Source: Balanoglossus misakiensis | Lineage: Eukaryota > Animalia > Hemichordata | NCBI GenBank assembly: GCA_040954595.2 | Contig: CM082596.2 | Location: forward strand, 7,580,468 to 7,644,467 | Direction of reading: 5' to 3' | DNA: 64,000 nt | Shown: positions 59,822 through 64,000 of the stretch, piece after piece | Numbering within the stretch: the first letter of the stretch is position 1 | Layout of the letters: each line of letters begins with the position of its first letter | The notes under the pieces: model-generated | Told to the model about the DNA's origin: nothing | The model's input: only the letters and a program-made list of their open reading frames with translations | The model's database searches: none | Program-made: the position numbers and the translations under genes

Positions 59822-61084
59822 AGGCCCACAGCAGTGCTCACACTGGCTGTGTGAAATACAGAAACTGTTGCAAGTGACGTGTGTCTATTATCCCTTATCA
59901 AACAGTAGCATCTGCTTCAATTTTCTTTGAACGGAATGTCCATCTTCGACGTTCGTGTGAAAACGCGGTAAATAAACCAAAGTTTGCACTTTCCCCCAGC
60001 TGCTAATCCGCCGTGTCAACGCGAATACAGATCAGCTGACGCGAAGACGCGTTATCCGGAACGCGTTTTTCGTGCGCTCATTTCCTCAAAGCGTCCAAAA
60101 TGGTGGGAAACTGACATCAACACAGTCAAATGTATCCTTGTCACTTGTCATCCGTTGGACCATTCGGATTGGCTTCCGAACTGTCGTTGTGTCATTCGTT
60201 TTTATCCCAAGCTCTGCACAGTGGATGGACGGCAACTGAATCTCACGCCAAAAAAATGGAGACGACGACACTCGCATCACAGCACCGATGGATAAAAAAC
60301 CTGGTTTTTCGTCCAATTATAAGGAGCGTGTTGACAACTTCCCGTTGCTGATGAGATCCCCGGTGACACCGAAACTGATCTATCTCCAGCCGCATTCCGC
60401 GGAGACTCAATGGCCTTCTGCAATTCGCGGCACAATTACAACCTTGCCACTGCCACGGTAGCACCCGCTTTTGACCGTGCAATGAATCCCCAGCGGGACC
60501 AATCCATCATGCGATCGGGTTCGCATCGCGAAAATATTTTGATCAGCAGGCAAAATCAATTTCGCTTTAACGGTCTTCTTTAATCTGATGTAGTCCAAAG
60601 TACGAAAATGTACCCCGGGATGTCGGGGGTGATCGTTATCAATAGTTTCCGATTGTCTGCGTGCGCGCGCTGGGAAGATGTGATATTAAATGGTCGTGAT
60701 GCTCCAAAGCATCATGGGAGTTTCTGGAGATGATAATAATGTACAACGGGGGCGATTCAGGTAAAATATCGCTTTTTTATCAGATGTACGTCTTTAAAGG
60801 TTATATCATCTCACCTATAAGTGGCCACCAATATTCCTTTTACGGGCACCATGCTCTTGAGGTGAAGTGCAAAGCTGTTTATCCAAAGGACTACTCGTTG
60901 AAAGTGGAACGTATACAGAATTTGAAATATGTTTTCCCCACTGAGCAAATATGATTCCCTATAAATTATATCGCTAGTAGTTCGTAGACACAGCCTCTAG
61001 AGACGACTAAAACCCCCGTTGCTTCTGTTTTTGTGGGATTATTTCTAGGCTGATGTGTATGTTTCGCTTGTTATCGTCTTCATG

Positions 61085-61376
61085 GCCTGGTCTCCATATA
61101 CCCAGTGTGTTTAAGAGTCTATCTAGACTAGCCCACTAGTCGCTTGGTGATTTTTAAATCCCAAAATCCCAATACTTTTTTTCGGTGTTTTTTTGTCTTA
61201 ATAAATAATTTCAATACTTTTTGCGTGCATGCTTGCCTTGAGCGTGTTTTTGGTAGTGAGGTGAGTTTTGAATTTGGGACTGAGCTTGTGGTTTCGGGTA
61301 GCGTCGCGTTCCTTACACAATGAAGCTCATAGACTTGGAGCAAGTCTAGAGTCTATCTGGGTATGGAGACCAGGCT
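61085..61376. mobile_element. Short MITE-like element
   Basis: gcctggtctccata(ta)cccag ... ctgggtatggagaccaggc inverted ends. Confidence 0.6.
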
Positions 61377-62320
61377 ATCGTCTTTAATACAAGGTGACTA
61401 AATCGGATTTATTCTGCAGCATCCTTTATTGGTTATAGAGACGGCGACACACCTGTCTTTGTCGATACACTAGACAGGGGCTCCAAGATGACAGGGGACA
61501 GTGATTTAATGAAATTAGCACGAAATTCGCTTCAAACCCCCTGGCTACGTTTTACCCGTATACGGAGACATAAATTTACACGCACTTTCATTCACTTAAC
61601 GATCCTCCCTCGGGATGCAAACGACAATCTGTTTTTGTTACTGTGCCGACCCGTAATATTTGAGCACAGCTAATAAGATTTTTCAATAAAGGTTTTCTGT
61701 CTTTTCATGAAATGGCTGTAATTTTTTTTAAAGAAGTTCATTGCCTACCTTATTTCAAACAAAACGCCCCTTGCTCACGCAGCAACACTTTCTGTTGCGC
61801 TCTTTCTGTCATTCTAGCTAATCTCTCTCTTTCCGGGTCGTTTGCAAGGTGTCAACTTTAAAATAATGAAATCGGATTCTTGTTATTCTACTTAATGACA
61901 GAATGCATTATATTTTACGCCCATGAGTATCTCAGTGGACTGGAACGAAGACAGGCCCATTCCCAGGCGGCTCATGAACTCCTACATTCTCGTATACCGT
62001 TCAGTTAGACGTCTGTGCATGGCCTTGTGCAATTTGTCTGTTTTACAACTCTCGATTTGCAGTTTAATATGTCCACGTTGCTAACGCGAATTAGTCAATT
62101 GTATTTCTTTTCAGGATTTGAGCTGCTTGGCGACAATAGATAAACCAGCACGAACAAACAGTCGCTACATCCTGATCAATATTCTGTACAAATTATATGT
62201 ATTTGTATCAATATTCTATATGAAAGACAGTCGAGGCAATATTCTGTAGCAGTAATTATAGTTCGTATCAATATTCTGTGGAATTTATTTGCATCAACAT
62301 ATTCTGCAAGTATTATTTGC

Positions 62321-62325
<5 letters not shown>

Positions 62326-62354
<29 letters not shown>

Positions 62355-62459
62355 TGTATGTATGTATGTATGTATGTATGTATGTATGTATGTATGTATG
62401 TATGTATGTATGTATGTATGTATGTATGTATGTATGTATGTATGTATGTATGTATGTAT
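62326..62459. repeat. (TATG)n microsatellite
   Basis: Direct reading. Confidence 0.95.
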
Positions 62460-64000
62460 TTCTTGCCCGCCATACTGACTCCCCGGGGTACACGTTTGCC
62501 ACTTGTCATGACTCACCCCCCCCCCCCCACCAGAAAAGGATCTACGAAGCGTTCCAGCATATTATTGCATCATTTTGCGTGAGAGGGCTTAAAGGAAACA
62601 CGTCACCAAAAGTGCCAGATGGTTACCAAACGATTTGGTCTCGAACTAAAAATAAATCCCTATCACAAACAGTTAAAGTGACGCTAAAAGCATGCTGCAT
62701 TATCGGTATGAAATGATAGATATTGTGTTACAGTACAACATTTTTGCTTACAATCCGCCCAACCTCTTGACAAATTTCACCTTCTGTGGCACTACAATCA
62801 TATGTGCTCACTACAGCTAGAGACAACGCCTGGATCAAATGAACGGGTTGGACCAGACACACTATATAACATTTCCGCCTTTTCCTGGCGGAATGCTGAA
62901 ACGGCCACACAATGTATACACAGTTGCTGTATATAATGCGGTTATGCTTCCAGGGTTTGTTCGGTTTATGTATACGGCGTGAACGTGAGCAAAATGTTAA
63001 ACCGCCCAAGTGCCTTTTCAGTTAATATTGAACCCGAATTCTAAAAGCATGGCGGTGTTACTGAATGGATTTGATTGAATTTTCGCCCGAATCTGTTCAA
63101 ACACCTGCACGGAATCCAGGGCAAATTGGTCTGCTTTTATCGTTGAATTATCGACAAGACGCAAAGTCGCTACATTCTGTTTGACAGCGGGTGGCTTAAT
63201 TTAATCTCTAGTCAGAAAAAAATCTGCTCCAAGTATAACGCAACGATGCAATGGCCCATTCGGAATAATTTATATGATCTAAAAAATCAGTGATCATCTG
63301 CAATTCTGGTGATGCTGCAGTGACGTAGATGTCTTCTCGTGCGGAACGAAAAATGATAAATAAAATAAATCCTCAATACGACATCTTTGCTGCTTTCAGA
63401 CTCACAGACATTGAAAGAGGATTCGTGCAACGCATCCCAAGTCGGTCGCAATATCACACTTCGTTAGGTTTATTTGAATATTTCGATTGGGTGTGACGTA
63501 AGGTCGTCTGCTTTGGGTGTGACGTAAGGTCGTCTCCTTGGGTATCGCACGCAATTGTCTCTGCGCAGACTCGAATCAATCATCGTTCACAATTTTAATA
63601 AAGCTTTACATGTATGAATAATGATGTAGGCAACGGCTGTTAACGAGTGAAACATTCATCTATAGGCATTCACTCAACGTTAACAAGATACTCGTTGTGT
63701 ACTATGTCTGAGCCGTCCGTATCAATGCACAAACATTAACATGACTGTTACGTTCTCATTAAATTACCAGAATCCTCAAGGGAAAAAGACTAGTAATTTT
63801 ATTTTGACATTTTTTGAATTTTATTTATTGTTATGACTTTTGTCCCCTGAAATAGGTCACTTCTTAACATTTTATGCACAGCCCAAAGAATATGATCAAA
63901 TAAAGAAAATCAATCGAATACTTTCAAATGTCCACTAGTGACTTGTAATAATCGTCATGGAAACCTTTGAGACGTGTGAAATAATATGTGGGGTGCACCC

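Overview
AT-rich, intron-rich eukaryotic DNA. Gene content, the SINE type and MITE density suggest a marine invertebrate, probably a deuterostome (inference). Five host genes can be reconstructed from GT-AG exons: KMO (+, 532-6241, first exon outside the window); an unusual kinase with DG[TK]PDMRY repeats, an Ig-like domain and a TKL-type kinase domain (-, 12659-20145); a VWDE-like membrane protein (+, 24190-39014); an ACSM-type acyl-CoA synthetase (-, 39060-46763) whose stop codon lies 45 bp from the VWDE-like stop; and a class A GPCR lacking its activation motifs (-, 58691-59821). Mobile DNA includes a full-length Tx1-clade (Keno-like) non-LTR retrotransposon that splits a U2 snRNA gene at the branch-point pairing region. 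Its ORF1 carries two extra C2H2-like fingers. There is also an intact Tc1-like transposon with DD42E spacing nested inside two non-autonomous elements, an 88-bp satellite bracketed by direct repeats, SINEs and many TTAA-flanked MITEs. Exon borders were read by eye and may be off by a few bases.
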